A DNA stretch of 64,000 bases. It comes from a virus. Location of the stretch: the IMG/VR virus record IMGVR_UViG_3300031730_000001, positions 1-64,000 of that record. One strand, given 5' to 3'. Made by a program: the position numbers and the translations under genes. Every line of letters starts with the position of its first letter. The first letter of the stretch is position 1. Below are positions 56,567 through 64,000 of the stretch, in pieces. Under the pieces are notes generated by a model. It was not told the origin of the DNA. It searched no databases and was given only the letters and a program-made list of their open reading frames with translations.

Positions 56567-57679
56567 GTGAGCACCGATCTCATCAAGGCCGGCGGGGCGC
56601 TCGCCATCCGACCGGACCAGACCGACTGGACGCCCGCACAGCAGGCCGTGCTCCAGCAGTCCGGCATCGACAACCAGGTGACCGCAGCGGAACTGTCTGC
56701 ATTCCTCCACCTCTGCCAGCGCACCCGCCTCGACCCGTTCTCCCGGCAGATCTACCTGATCGGCCGTTGGGACAGCAGGCAGCAGCGCAAGGTGTACACG
56801 CCGCAGACCAGCATCGACGGATACCGCGTCGTCGCACATCGGGTCGTCGCCGAGCAGAACGTAAACCTCGGTTACGAGGACACCCTCTGGTGCGACCAGA
56901 ACGGCCAGTGGCGGGACGTGTGGCTGTCCGATGCGCCGCCGTCCGGTGTGAAGGTCACGGTGGTCCGGAACGGCCAGCGGTTCCCCGCGGTGGCGCTGTT
57001 CCGCGAGTACGTCCAGACCGGCAAGGAGAACAAGCCGATCGGCCTGTGGGGCAAGATGCCCGCCGGCCAGCTCGCGAAATGCGCCGAGGCGCTGGCGCTC
57101 CGGAAGGCGTTTCCCCAGGACCTGGCGGGCGTGTACACGGCCGAGGAGATGGCACAGGCCGACAACCCAGCCGACGAGCGGCACCTGCGTTCCGTGCAGC
57201 CGGGCGAGAGCGACCCGTGGGCCACGCCTGCACCGGAGCAAGGCGCCGAGTTCGAGCCGCACACCGAGGCGCAGGCCCTCGCGAAGCGCGCCGCAGCAGC
57301 TCAGGACCGCTTCATCATGAGCGCCCTCATCGACGAGGCGAAGCGGCACCTGCCTGCGGACGCCCAGATCCTCGCGCCCGACACGGAGAAGCCGGACACC
57401 CTGCGCGACTACCTGGGGCGCCGCTGGGCGGTTCTGCCGAAGCCGAGCGGGCAGGGCGGCGGCGAGCAGCGCGAGGACGACATCCCGGATGCCGTGACTG
57501 TCCCTGAGGGTGAGACCGAGGCCGACATCGCCGAGCGTCACCTGCGCTCCGCAGCGGCGGCGGCCGGACTCACCGAACTGGACACCGAGTTCGAGCGCTC
57601 CTACGGCCTGCCCATCCGTGAGGCCGGCGCACAGCAGATGCGCGAAATGACCCGCATCCTCACCGGCTCCGCCGCCTGA
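56567..57679 (+). CDS. bet: Single-strand annealing recombinase (Bet/RecT)
   Basis: LDPFSRQIYLI, SIDGYR, W.KMP...LAKCAEALALRKAFP, VYT.EEM. Confidence 0.92.
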   Translation: MSTDLIKAGGALAIRPDQTDWTPAQQAVLQQSGIDNQVTAAELSAFLHLCQRTRLDPFSRQIYLIGRWDSRQQRKVYTPQTSIDGYRVVAHRVVAEQNVNLGYEDTLWCDQNGQWRDVWLSDAPPSGVKVTVVRNGQRFPAVALFREYVQTGKENKPIGLWGKMPAGQLAKCAEALALRKAFPQDLAGVYTAEEMAQADNPADERHLRSVQPGESDPWATPAPEQGAEFEPHTEAQALAKRAAAAQDRFIMSALIDEAKRHLPADAQILAPDTEKPDTLRDYLGRRWAVLPKPSGQGGGEQREDDIPDAVTVPEGETEADIAERHLRSAAAAAGLTELDTEFERSYGLPIREAGAQQMREMTRILTGSAA

Positions 57680-57755
57680 CCCACCACCAGCACGGGGCCG
57701 CCCTGCCCGTCGACAGCAGGCAGGTCGGCCCCACATCCCAAGGAGACCACGAACC

Positions 57756-58286
57756 ATGAGCCTGAAAGAGGCAGCAGCCCGCGAGGCCTACCTCAAGACC
57801 CTCCTCGACGTCGTCGACGGCGCCTACAAGGCCGCCCGCGTCGAGACTCAGCAGCACCTGGACGAGGCCGCCCGAGAGAGTGGCACCCGGCAAGTCGCCG
57901 TCACGCTGCCCGACGGCCCGGACATCGCCACCGTCAGCCTCTCCGCAGGTGAAGGAGCGGCGAAGGTCACCGACTCGGAGAAGTTCAAGGCCTGGGTGCT
58001 GGAGAACTACGGCAGCGAGATCAAGCGCGAGTTCGTCACCACCGTGCAGCCCGCGTTCGAGAAGAAGCTCCTCGCCGAGATGACGGCCTCCAACTCCACC
58101 GAGTGGGCCGACATGGAGACCGGCGTCGTGCACGAGGTGCCGGGGGTCGAGATCGCCCCCGCCCGGGCGCGCACCCACAACGTCCGCTTCAAGACGGGTG
58201 GCCGCGACCAGGTGATGGCCGCCTGGCGTGACGGGCGACTCGTGAACGTCGCGCTGCCGGAGCTCACCGCCGGGGGTGCCGAATGA
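57756..58286 (+). CDS. Conserved phage protein of recombination module
   Basis: RBS AAGGAG; TG..HEVPGV. Confidence 0.75.
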   Translation: MSLKEAAAREAYLKTLLDVVDGAYKAARVETQQHLDEAARESGTRQVAVTLPDGPDIATVSLSAGEGAAKVTDSEKFKAWVLENYGSEIKREFVTTVQPAFEKKLLAEMTASNSTEWADMETGVVHEVPGVEIAPARARTHNVRFKTGGRDQVMAAWRDGRLVNVALPELTAGGAE

Positions 58287-59263
58287 GCTGGCACACCGAA
58301 CCCCTGCTCGGCTTTGATCTTGAGACAACCGGGATCAACGTCGAGACCGCGCGCATCGTCACCGCGGCGGCCGTCGACTGGAAGCCCGGCGACAACCTCG
58401 ACACCCTCCCGGACCGCGCCCGCCTGTGGCTGGCCAACCCGGGCGTCCCGATCCCCGACGAGGCTGTGGCGGTCCACGGAGTCACGAACGAGATTGCCCG
58501 CGCCAACGGCCGGCCCGCCGCCGACGTAGCCGATGAGATCGCGGACGTGCTCGCCGCAACCCTGGCCACCGGCATCCCCGTCGTCGCCATGAACGGCCGC
58601 TACGACTTCACCGTCCTCGACCGCGAACTCCGCCGCTACGGCCTGCGCACCTTGTGGGAACGCCTCGGCAGCGAGGTCACGCCCGGCCCGGTCATCGACC
58701 CCTACATCCTCGACAAGCAGGCCGACAAGTGGCGGCGCGGCTCCCGCAAGCTGGAAGCGCTCGCCGTTCACTACGGGGTCACCCTTGCCGCCGCGCACTG
58801 TGCGGACGCCGACGCGCTCGCCGCCGTCGAAGTAGCCGTCGCCATCGGCGAGAAGTACCCGCAACTCCAGGTGGCCGCCGAGCAGTTGCACGTGTGGCAG
58901 ATCTGGTGGGCGCGCCAGCAGGCCGCCGACTTCCAGCAGCACCTGCGGAAGACCGACCCCTACGCCGTCATCGAGGGCGAGTGGCCGCTCATCCAGCTCA
59001 CCGAGGAGCGGAAGCTGCGGGCGGCCTTCGATCTCCTCGCCGAGCGGTACGAGCACCTGGCCGAGGCCGCCCCCGACCTGGGCAGCGAACTGCTCATCGA
59101 CGAGCCCACCCCCCTCCAGCAGTGCCAGGTCGAGCGCGCCCACGCCTACCTCACGGCCGCGACCGACGTCCGCGAAGTGCTGCGCACCAGTCGGCCGCCC
59201 CACGCCCTGATGACCGACGCCGAGCTGGAGCAGTACGGCGCACCCGAGGAGGCCGGGCGATGA
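58283..59263 (+). CDS. DnaQ-like 3'-5' exonuclease
   Basis: FDLETTG, N..YD, AH.A.ADA. Confidence 0.9.
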   Translation: MSWHTEPLLGFDLETTGINVETARIVTAAAVDWKPGDNLDTLPDRARLWLANPGVPIPDEAVAVHGVTNEIARANGRPAADVADEIADVLAATLATGIPVVAMNGRYDFTVLDRELRRYGLRTLWERLGSEVTPGPVIDPYILDKQADKWRRGSRKLEALAVHYGVTLAAAHCADADALAAVEVAVAIGEKYPQLQVAAEQLHVWQIWWARQQAADFQQHLRKTDPYAVIEGEWPLIQLTEERKLRAAFDLLAERYEHLAEAAPDLGSELLIDEPTPLQQCQVERAHAYLTAATDVREVLRTSRPPHALMTDAELEQYGAPEEAGR

Positions 59264-59664
59264 CCGAGACCCATTCCGCCACGATCCTCCGCGCCGCCGA
59301 CCTGATGCGGCGCCGGGCCCTCGCCGCAACCGCCAGCCCATGGCAAGCCAGTTGGCGCGGCCAGGAGTACCAACTCGACGGCAACACCGATAACGACCTC
59401 AGCCCGATCGCCGAGTGGACCTACGCCATCGTCACCACCGAGCCGAAGGCCGCAGAGCAGCGCGCCGAATGCGACACGGCGAACGCCGACTACATCGCCG
59501 GAATGCAGCCCTCCGTCGCCCTGACCGTCGCCAAGTTCCTGGAGTCCAGCGGCAAGCAACTGGCGAACACGGGTGAGCGCTACGGCACCTGCGACGAGCC
59601 GGCCGCCATCGAGTCGGCATACGAGATCGCCGTCACCTACCTCGCCGAGGAGGCCACCTCATGA
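59260..59664 (+). CDS. Hypothetical protein (AT.SPW...NADYIA)
   Basis: Resembles 51800-52240. Confidence 0.7.
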   Translation: MTETHSATILRAADLMRRRALAATASPWQASWRGQEYQLDGNTDNDLSPIAEWTYAIVTTEPKAAEQRAECDTANADYIAGMQPSVALTVAKFLESSGKQLANTGERYGTCDEPAAIESAYEIAVTYLAEEATS

Positions 59665-60068
59665 GCAACATCCAGCCCGCCTTCGACGGCAGCCAGCTCA
59701 CCGCCGCGGCCCCCGCCACCCGCCGCATCGTCGACGACTACGAGGCGTGGGTCGACGAGGTCACACCGTTCTACGAGGCCGCCGCCGACACCCGGCTGCC
59801 GTTCACGATCGACGAGGTCGCGAGCCGCCACCACCTGCCGGATCCGCCCAAGCCGAAGAGCATGTGGGGATCGTTGCCCCGCCGCCTCCTCGACGCCGGA
59901 ATCATCCAGCACGCCGGCGCCTCCACCTCCGCCCGCGCCGGCTACTCCATGGTCCACCGCTGGATCGGGGTGCCCGCCGCCCACCGCGAAGCCGTCGCCC
60001 GCATGCGGAAAGAGCAGCGGAAGGCCGCCCGGAGCGCGCGCATGGACGGGCGGAGGGCCGCCGCATGA
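59661..60068 (+). CDS. Hypothetical winged-helix-like protein
   Basis: FT.DEV...WG...GII...S.V..W.G. Confidence 0.7.
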   Translation: MSNIQPAFDGSQLTAAAPATRRIVDDYEAWVDEVTPFYEAAADTRLPFTIDEVASRHHLPDPPKPKSMWGSLPRRLLDAGIIQHAGASTSARAGYSMVHRWIGVPAAHREAVARMRKEQRKAARSARMDGRRAAA

Positions 60069-60326
60069 TCTCCGCTGCCGCCGCCGCCTTCCTCGCCTGC
60101 CTGGGCCTCACCGTCGGTGTCGCCGCCGTCGTGTACTCGCTCATCGTCCGCCGCGCACAACCCGACGCGGGGAGGCGGACGTGAGCCACAACGGCACCCT
60201 CCCCGTCGTCGCCAACTGGTACATCAACCAGCTCGCCACCTACGGCTGGCCCGTCCTCGCCGTCACCGCCATCGCCTGCACCGCCGCATGGTGCGGCATC
60301 AGTGTCCTCCTCAACCGGGGGCGGTC

Positions 60327-60629
60327 ATGAACCCCGACCTGTACGGCGCGTGGCTCACCGCCGGCAACAACCTGCAACCCGTCGGGGACTGGCTCGCCGG
60401 CAACTGGATCTGGCTCACCGCCGTAGTCGTGGCTGCCGGATTCGCCTGGTGGGCGCTGCGGCGGGAACTCCGGGCCGCCGGCGAACACGTCACCGCCATC
60501 CTCACCGACCAGCGGCAGCCCGGCACCGACAGCGGGCTGTACCTCGACTGCATCGCCATCTACGGCGACTGCGACGAACTCGACCGACTCCGCGACGCCA
60601 TCGAACAACACCGGAAGGAGAAGCCGTGA
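60327..60629 (+). CDS. Small membrane protein
   Basis: Central TM. Confidence 0.6.
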   Translation: MNPDLYGAWLTAGNNLQPVGDWLAGNWIWLTAVVVAAGFAWWALRRELRAAGEHVTAILTDQRQPGTDSGLYLDCIAIYGDCDELDRLRDAIEQHRKEKP

Positions 60630-61009
60630 GCCGCTACGACTGGATGGACAGCGCGGCCTGCGCGCAAGTCGACCCCGAAATCTTCCACCCCACCGGCAAC
60701 CCCACCCGCCAGGCCAAAGACGTGTGCGCCCGCTGCCCCGTCCAACGCCAGTGCGCAAGCTTCGCCCACGCCGTCGAAGGCGAAGTCAGCCACCCCCACC
60801 GGCACGGACTGTGGGCCGGAATGTCCGCCCGCGACCGGGCCGGCCGAGCCGTCGAAGACGCCCGGCTCAAGCGCGACGACACCATCTGGCGCCTCCACAC
60901 CCGCGGCGGCATGACCGCCGACGAAATCGGGGTGGCTGTCGGCTGCGACGCACGCACCGTCTACCGCGTCCTCAAGCAGAACCGCGGCTCCTACAAGGAG
61001 GCCGCGTGA
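60626..61009 (+). CDS. WhiB-family regulator with C-terminal HTH
   Basis: AACAQVDPEIF...C..CPV...C...GLWAG; EIG..VGC..RTVYR. Confidence 0.88.
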   Translation: MSRYDWMDSAACAQVDPEIFHPTGNPTRQAKDVCARCPVQRQCASFAHAVEGEVSHPHRHGLWAGMSARDRAGRAVEDARLKRDDTIWRLHTRGGMTADEIGVAVGCDARTVYRVLKQNRGSYKEAA

Positions 61010-61389
61010 TCGTCACCGACTGGCGCCACCTCGCGGGCTGCCTCGACGAGGACCCCGAACTCTTCTTCCCCGTCGGCGACTCCGACCGCGCCCGCCGGCA
61101 AGCCGAGGACGCCAAACGGATCTGCCACACCTGCCCGGTCATCGAGCAGTGCGCCCAGTGGGCCATCGACAACCGCATGGAAGCCGGCGTGTGGGGCGGC
61201 CTCGACGAAAACCAGCTTCGCAACACCCGCCGCCACCGCACCCCGTCACGGCGCACACCCGCCCGCTGCGGCACCCGCCCCGGCTACAAACGCCACCACC
61301 GCGAAGGCACCCCCGTCTGCCAGCCCTGCAACGACGCCAACCGCGACTACGCCACCCAACGACTCAACAACCTCAAGGAAGCCGCCTGA
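61006..61389 (+). CDS. WhiB-family regulator with C-terminal Zn finger
   Basis: C.DEDPELFFP...C..CPV...C...GVWGG; CGT..GY.RH...C..C. Confidence 0.9.
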   Translation: MIVTDWRHLAGCLDEDPELFFPVGDSDRARRQAEDAKRICHTCPVIEQCAQWAIDNRMEAGVWGGLDENQLRNTRRHRTPSRRTPARCGTRPGYKRHHREGTPVCQPCNDANRDYATQRLNNLKEAA

Positions 61390-63194
61390 TGGCCCGCAAC
61401 GACAACGACGCGCTCACGGTCATGGACTGGTTCTGCGGTGCCGGCGGCTCCAGCCAGGGCATGCACTCCATCCCGAGCGTCCGCATGGAACGGGCAGCGA
61501 ACCACTGGGAGCGGGCGATCGAGTCGCACGCCGCGAACTTCCCCACCGTCGACCACTACCGCGGCGACATCCGCGAAGCGCCGGTTGAGACGTGGCCCGT
61601 CACCGACATCTTCTGGGCCTCCCCGGAGTGCCCACAGTGGTCCAACGCCCGCGGCAAGAAGCGGGACTTCGACGCCTCCCTCCAAGGCGACCTCTTCGAC
61701 GGCTTCGGCCCGTCCGATGAAGTCGAGCGGTCCCGGGCGCTGATGGAGGAAGTCCCCATGTACCTACGCGGTGTTCAGGCGCGCGGTGGCCTCGTCAAGG
61801 CTGGCGTGGTCGAGAACGTGGTGGACGTCCGCGCCTGGGACCAGTGGGACCGGTGGATCGGCGAGATCAAGAAACTCGGCTACGAGACCCGGGTCATCGC
61901 CCTCAACTCCATGCACGCCGACCCGCGCACCGTCCACAAGGCGCCGCAGAGCAGGGATCGCCTGTACGTGGCGTACTGGCACAAGAGCCTGGGCCGGACG
62001 CCCGACTGGGACAAGTGGCTCCGGCCGCGCGCCTGGTGCACCGGCTGCGACACCTGGGTGCAGGCCGTCCAGCGATTCAAGCAGCCCGGCCGGGACATGG
62101 GCCGCTACCGCCAGCAGTACGTGTACCGGTGCCCGAACGTGGCCTGCCGCAACCAGATCGTCGAGCCGGAGACCCTGCCCGCCGCAGTCGCGATCGACTG
62201 GAACCTGCCCGGCCAGCGCATCGGCGACCGGACCAAGCCCCTCGCCGACAAGACGCTCGCCCGCATCCAGGCCGGCCTCGACAAGTTCGCCCGCCCGATC
62301 ACGCTGGAGGCTGCGGGCAACACCTTCGAGCGGCGCCCCGGTGTCCGTACATGGCCGGTGGATGCTCCGCTGACCACACAGACGACGACACCCACCAAGG
62401 CCGTGGCCTACGAGCCGTTCATGGTCCCCGCCGGTGGAACCTGGCGGAACGACCCGGTGAGCGTCATGGACCCGATGGCGTGCCGGACGACGCGCGAGAA
62501 CGACGGCCTGGCGATACCGCCGCTGCTCATCCCCGTCGAAGGCAGGGATGGTAAGGAGCCCGCCTCGGCGAACAACCCGCTGCGGACGCAGACCGCACGG
62601 AACGAGACCGGGCTGGCGTGGCTGCCGTTCATGGTGACGATGCGCGGCGGCGGCGACCAGCTCCGCGGCCGCTCCATCGGCGAGCCGGTCGGCACTGTGT
62701 CCGCCAACGGCAACCACCACGGTCTGGTCACCCCGAACCTGCCCGCCTTCCTCATGCGGAACAACACCCCGCGCGGCAACCCGGCCCAACTGTGCACGGG
62801 GGTCGACGAACCAGCGCGCACGCTGACCGCGGCCGGCCATCAGTCGCTGGTGACGTGGGAGCACCTGCTGGTCCCGTACTACGGCAAGGGCAACGCGCGC
62901 ACGGTGTCCGAGCCGGTCGGCACCATGATGCCGACCGACAAGTACGCCCTCGTGCAGGGCGACGTCGACATCAACGACGTGCTGTTCCGCATGTTGGAGC
63001 CCCACGAGATCGGCCGGGCGATGAGCTTCGCCGACGCGTACATCGTCCTCGGCTCGAAGCGCGAGCGCGTCCGCCAGTACGGCAACGCCGTCACCCCCAA
63101 CTGCGCCGAGGTCATCGTCTCCGCCCTCGTCGAAGCGATCACCGGCGACGACATCGACCGGCATGCCGAGCCCGAAACGGCCCTCGCCGCGTGA
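61389..63194 (+). CDS. DNA (cytosine-5) methyltransferase, orphan
   Basis: DWFCGAGG, ASPEC, ENV, QSRDR, GNAV. Confidence 0.92.
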   Translation: MARNDNDALTVMDWFCGAGGSSQGMHSIPSVRMERAANHWERAIESHAANFPTVDHYRGDIREAPVETWPVTDIFWASPECPQWSNARGKKRDFDASLQGDLFDGFGPSDEVERSRALMEEVPMYLRGVQARGGLVKAGVVENVVDVRAWDQWDRWIGEIKKLGYETRVIALNSMHADPRTVHKAPQSRDRLYVAYWHKSLGRTPDWDKWLRPRAWCTGCDTWVQAVQRFKQPGRDMGRYRQQYVYRCPNVACRNQIVEPETLPAAVAIDWNLPGQRIGDRTKPLADKTLARIQAGLDKFARPITLEAAGNTFERRPGVRTWPVDAPLTTQTTTPTKAVAYEPFMVPAGGTWRNDPVSVMDPMACRTTRENDGLAIPPLLIPVEGRDGKEPASANNPLRTQTARNETGLAWLPFMVTMRGGGDQLRGRSIGEPVGTVSANGNHHGLVTPNLPAFLMRNNTPRGNPAQLCTGVDEPARTLTAAGHQSLVTWEHLLVPYYGKGNARTVSEPVGTMMPTDKYALVQGDVDINDVLFRMLEPHEIGRAMSFADAYIVLGSKRERVRQYGNAVTPNCAEVIVSALVEAITGDDIDRHAEPETALAA

Positions 63195-63322
63195 CCGCCC
63201 GCCACCGCCCGCGCGCCGGGCCCTGACACCCATCCCGCATACCAGCCGGACATGCACCCCAAGGCAGACATAGCGAAGCCCCGCACATGGCGGGGCTGGG
63301 AGGAGACGAGGACGTGCAGCAG

Positions 63323-63523
63323 CTAGGACTTCGGCGCCGGCGCGATGCGGGCGACCCACTCGCGGGTGAAGCCGGTCAGCTTCGCCATGTGCGACGGGCC
63401 CTTGCCTTCTGCGCGTCCCTTCACGAGGAGGTCGCGCAGCTCGGCGTCGGCGTCGTTGAAGGCCTTCTCGGCCCGAGCGCGCTTCTTCGCTGCGGCCTGA
63501 ATCTCCGTGTCGAGGGTGTCCAT
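63323..63523 (-). CDS. Small HTH protein, related to 1265-1492
   Basis: GPSHMAKLTGFTREWVARI. Confidence 0.8.
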   Translation of the reverse strand: MDTLDTEIQAAAKKRARAEKAFNDADAELRDLLVKGRAEGKGPSHMAKLTGFTREWVARIAPAPKS

Positions 63524-63608
63524 GAAGCACATGGTGACACAGCGTGTCGTGGTCGCGCTATGCCTCCGCGCATTGTGAACGCGATGCGCGAACGCTATTC
63601 TCATATGC

Positions 63609-64000
63609 ATGACGAGGGAGCCCTTGATTACGCCCAACAGGCGTACCGAAACGCGCCATGCCACACCAGGCAACGCCTGCAATCACTTCCAGAAGTACGG
63701 GATGACCTGCGACGACTTCGACCGGTTGCTTGCCCGTGCAGCTGGCCGGTGCGAACTCTGCGAGACGCCCGAGGGGGAGACGCGACGCGGCGGCCTCGTC
63801 ATCGATCACTTCGAAGGTGGCGGACTGTTCTTCGTCCGCGGACTGATCTGCGACCGCTGCAACTCGGTCATGTCGCGACACGACAGGTCGGCAGCGTGGG
63901 GGCCCTCTTCGCTGCCGTGGGCGGACAGGGCGCGCAGCTACCACCTCGCCGCGTTCGAGCAGCCCACGGCGGAGGAGTTCGAGCAGGCCGACCGGTACAT
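63609..64000 (+). CDS. Endonuclease VII-domain protein, 3' truncated by window edge
   Basis: KYGMT.DDF..L...GRCELC...LVIDH...VRGLIC.RCN. Confidence 0.85.
   Translation, partial: MTREPLITPNRRTETRHATPGNACNHFQKYGMTCDDFDRLLARAAGRCELCETPEGETRRGGLVIDHFEGGGLFFVRGLICDRCNSVMSRHDRSAAWGPSSLPWADRARSYHLAAFEQPTAEEFEQADRY

Larger units (their letters stand above)
1..64000. mobile_element. Temperate actinophage (Streptomyces-type siphovirus), partial genome
   Basis: Terminase, portal, capsid, tail, tape measure, lysis, integrase, repressor and recombination modules; high GC; no host genes recognised. Confidence 0.95.

Noticed and set aside
1-64000. CRISPR array, rRNA or canonical tRNA genes
   Set aside because: No regularly spaced repeats and no T-loop/CCA cloverleaf seen by eye
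61389-64000. Methylase plus EndoVII as a restriction-modification pair
   Set aside because: Separated by a hairpin and a divergent HTH gene; both are common as independent phage genes
51152-64000. Absence of a replication initiator, helicase or polymerase
   Set aside because: The right arm continues beyond the window, so absence is uninformative

Overview
This window is a 64 kb, very GC-rich stretch of a temperate siphovirus, most likely from Streptomyces; no host housekeeping genes were recognised. Gene order: end of the right (early/middle) arm (1-9 kb); an unusual structural-looking module ahead of the terminase (9.7-12.2 kb); HNH, candidate cos, terminase, portal, scaffold, a phage-encoded Prp protease, capsid and tail genes with a -1 chaperone frameshift, and tape measure (12.8-35.6 kb); lysis cassette (35.7-39.9 kb); a frameshifted solo tnpB element; an accessory region (41-48 kb) with a second tyrosine recombinase and its own dif/lox-like site; an apparently intact attP, integrase, repressor, cro, xis and antirepressor; and the start of the right arm (Bet recombinase, DnaQ exonuclease, two WhiB proteins, C5 methyltransferase, EndoVII). 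Best leads: (1) a mini-Prp protease with a WFR[LI]DRH motif shared by the scaffold and capsid N-termini; (2) a resolvase with a 13-6-13 palindromic site; (3) an Arg/Pro repeat protein with lectin-like neighbours; (4) recurring self-repressed divergent cassettes; (5) a candidate cloverleaf sRNA. All family calls are motif recognition by eye; no searches were run.
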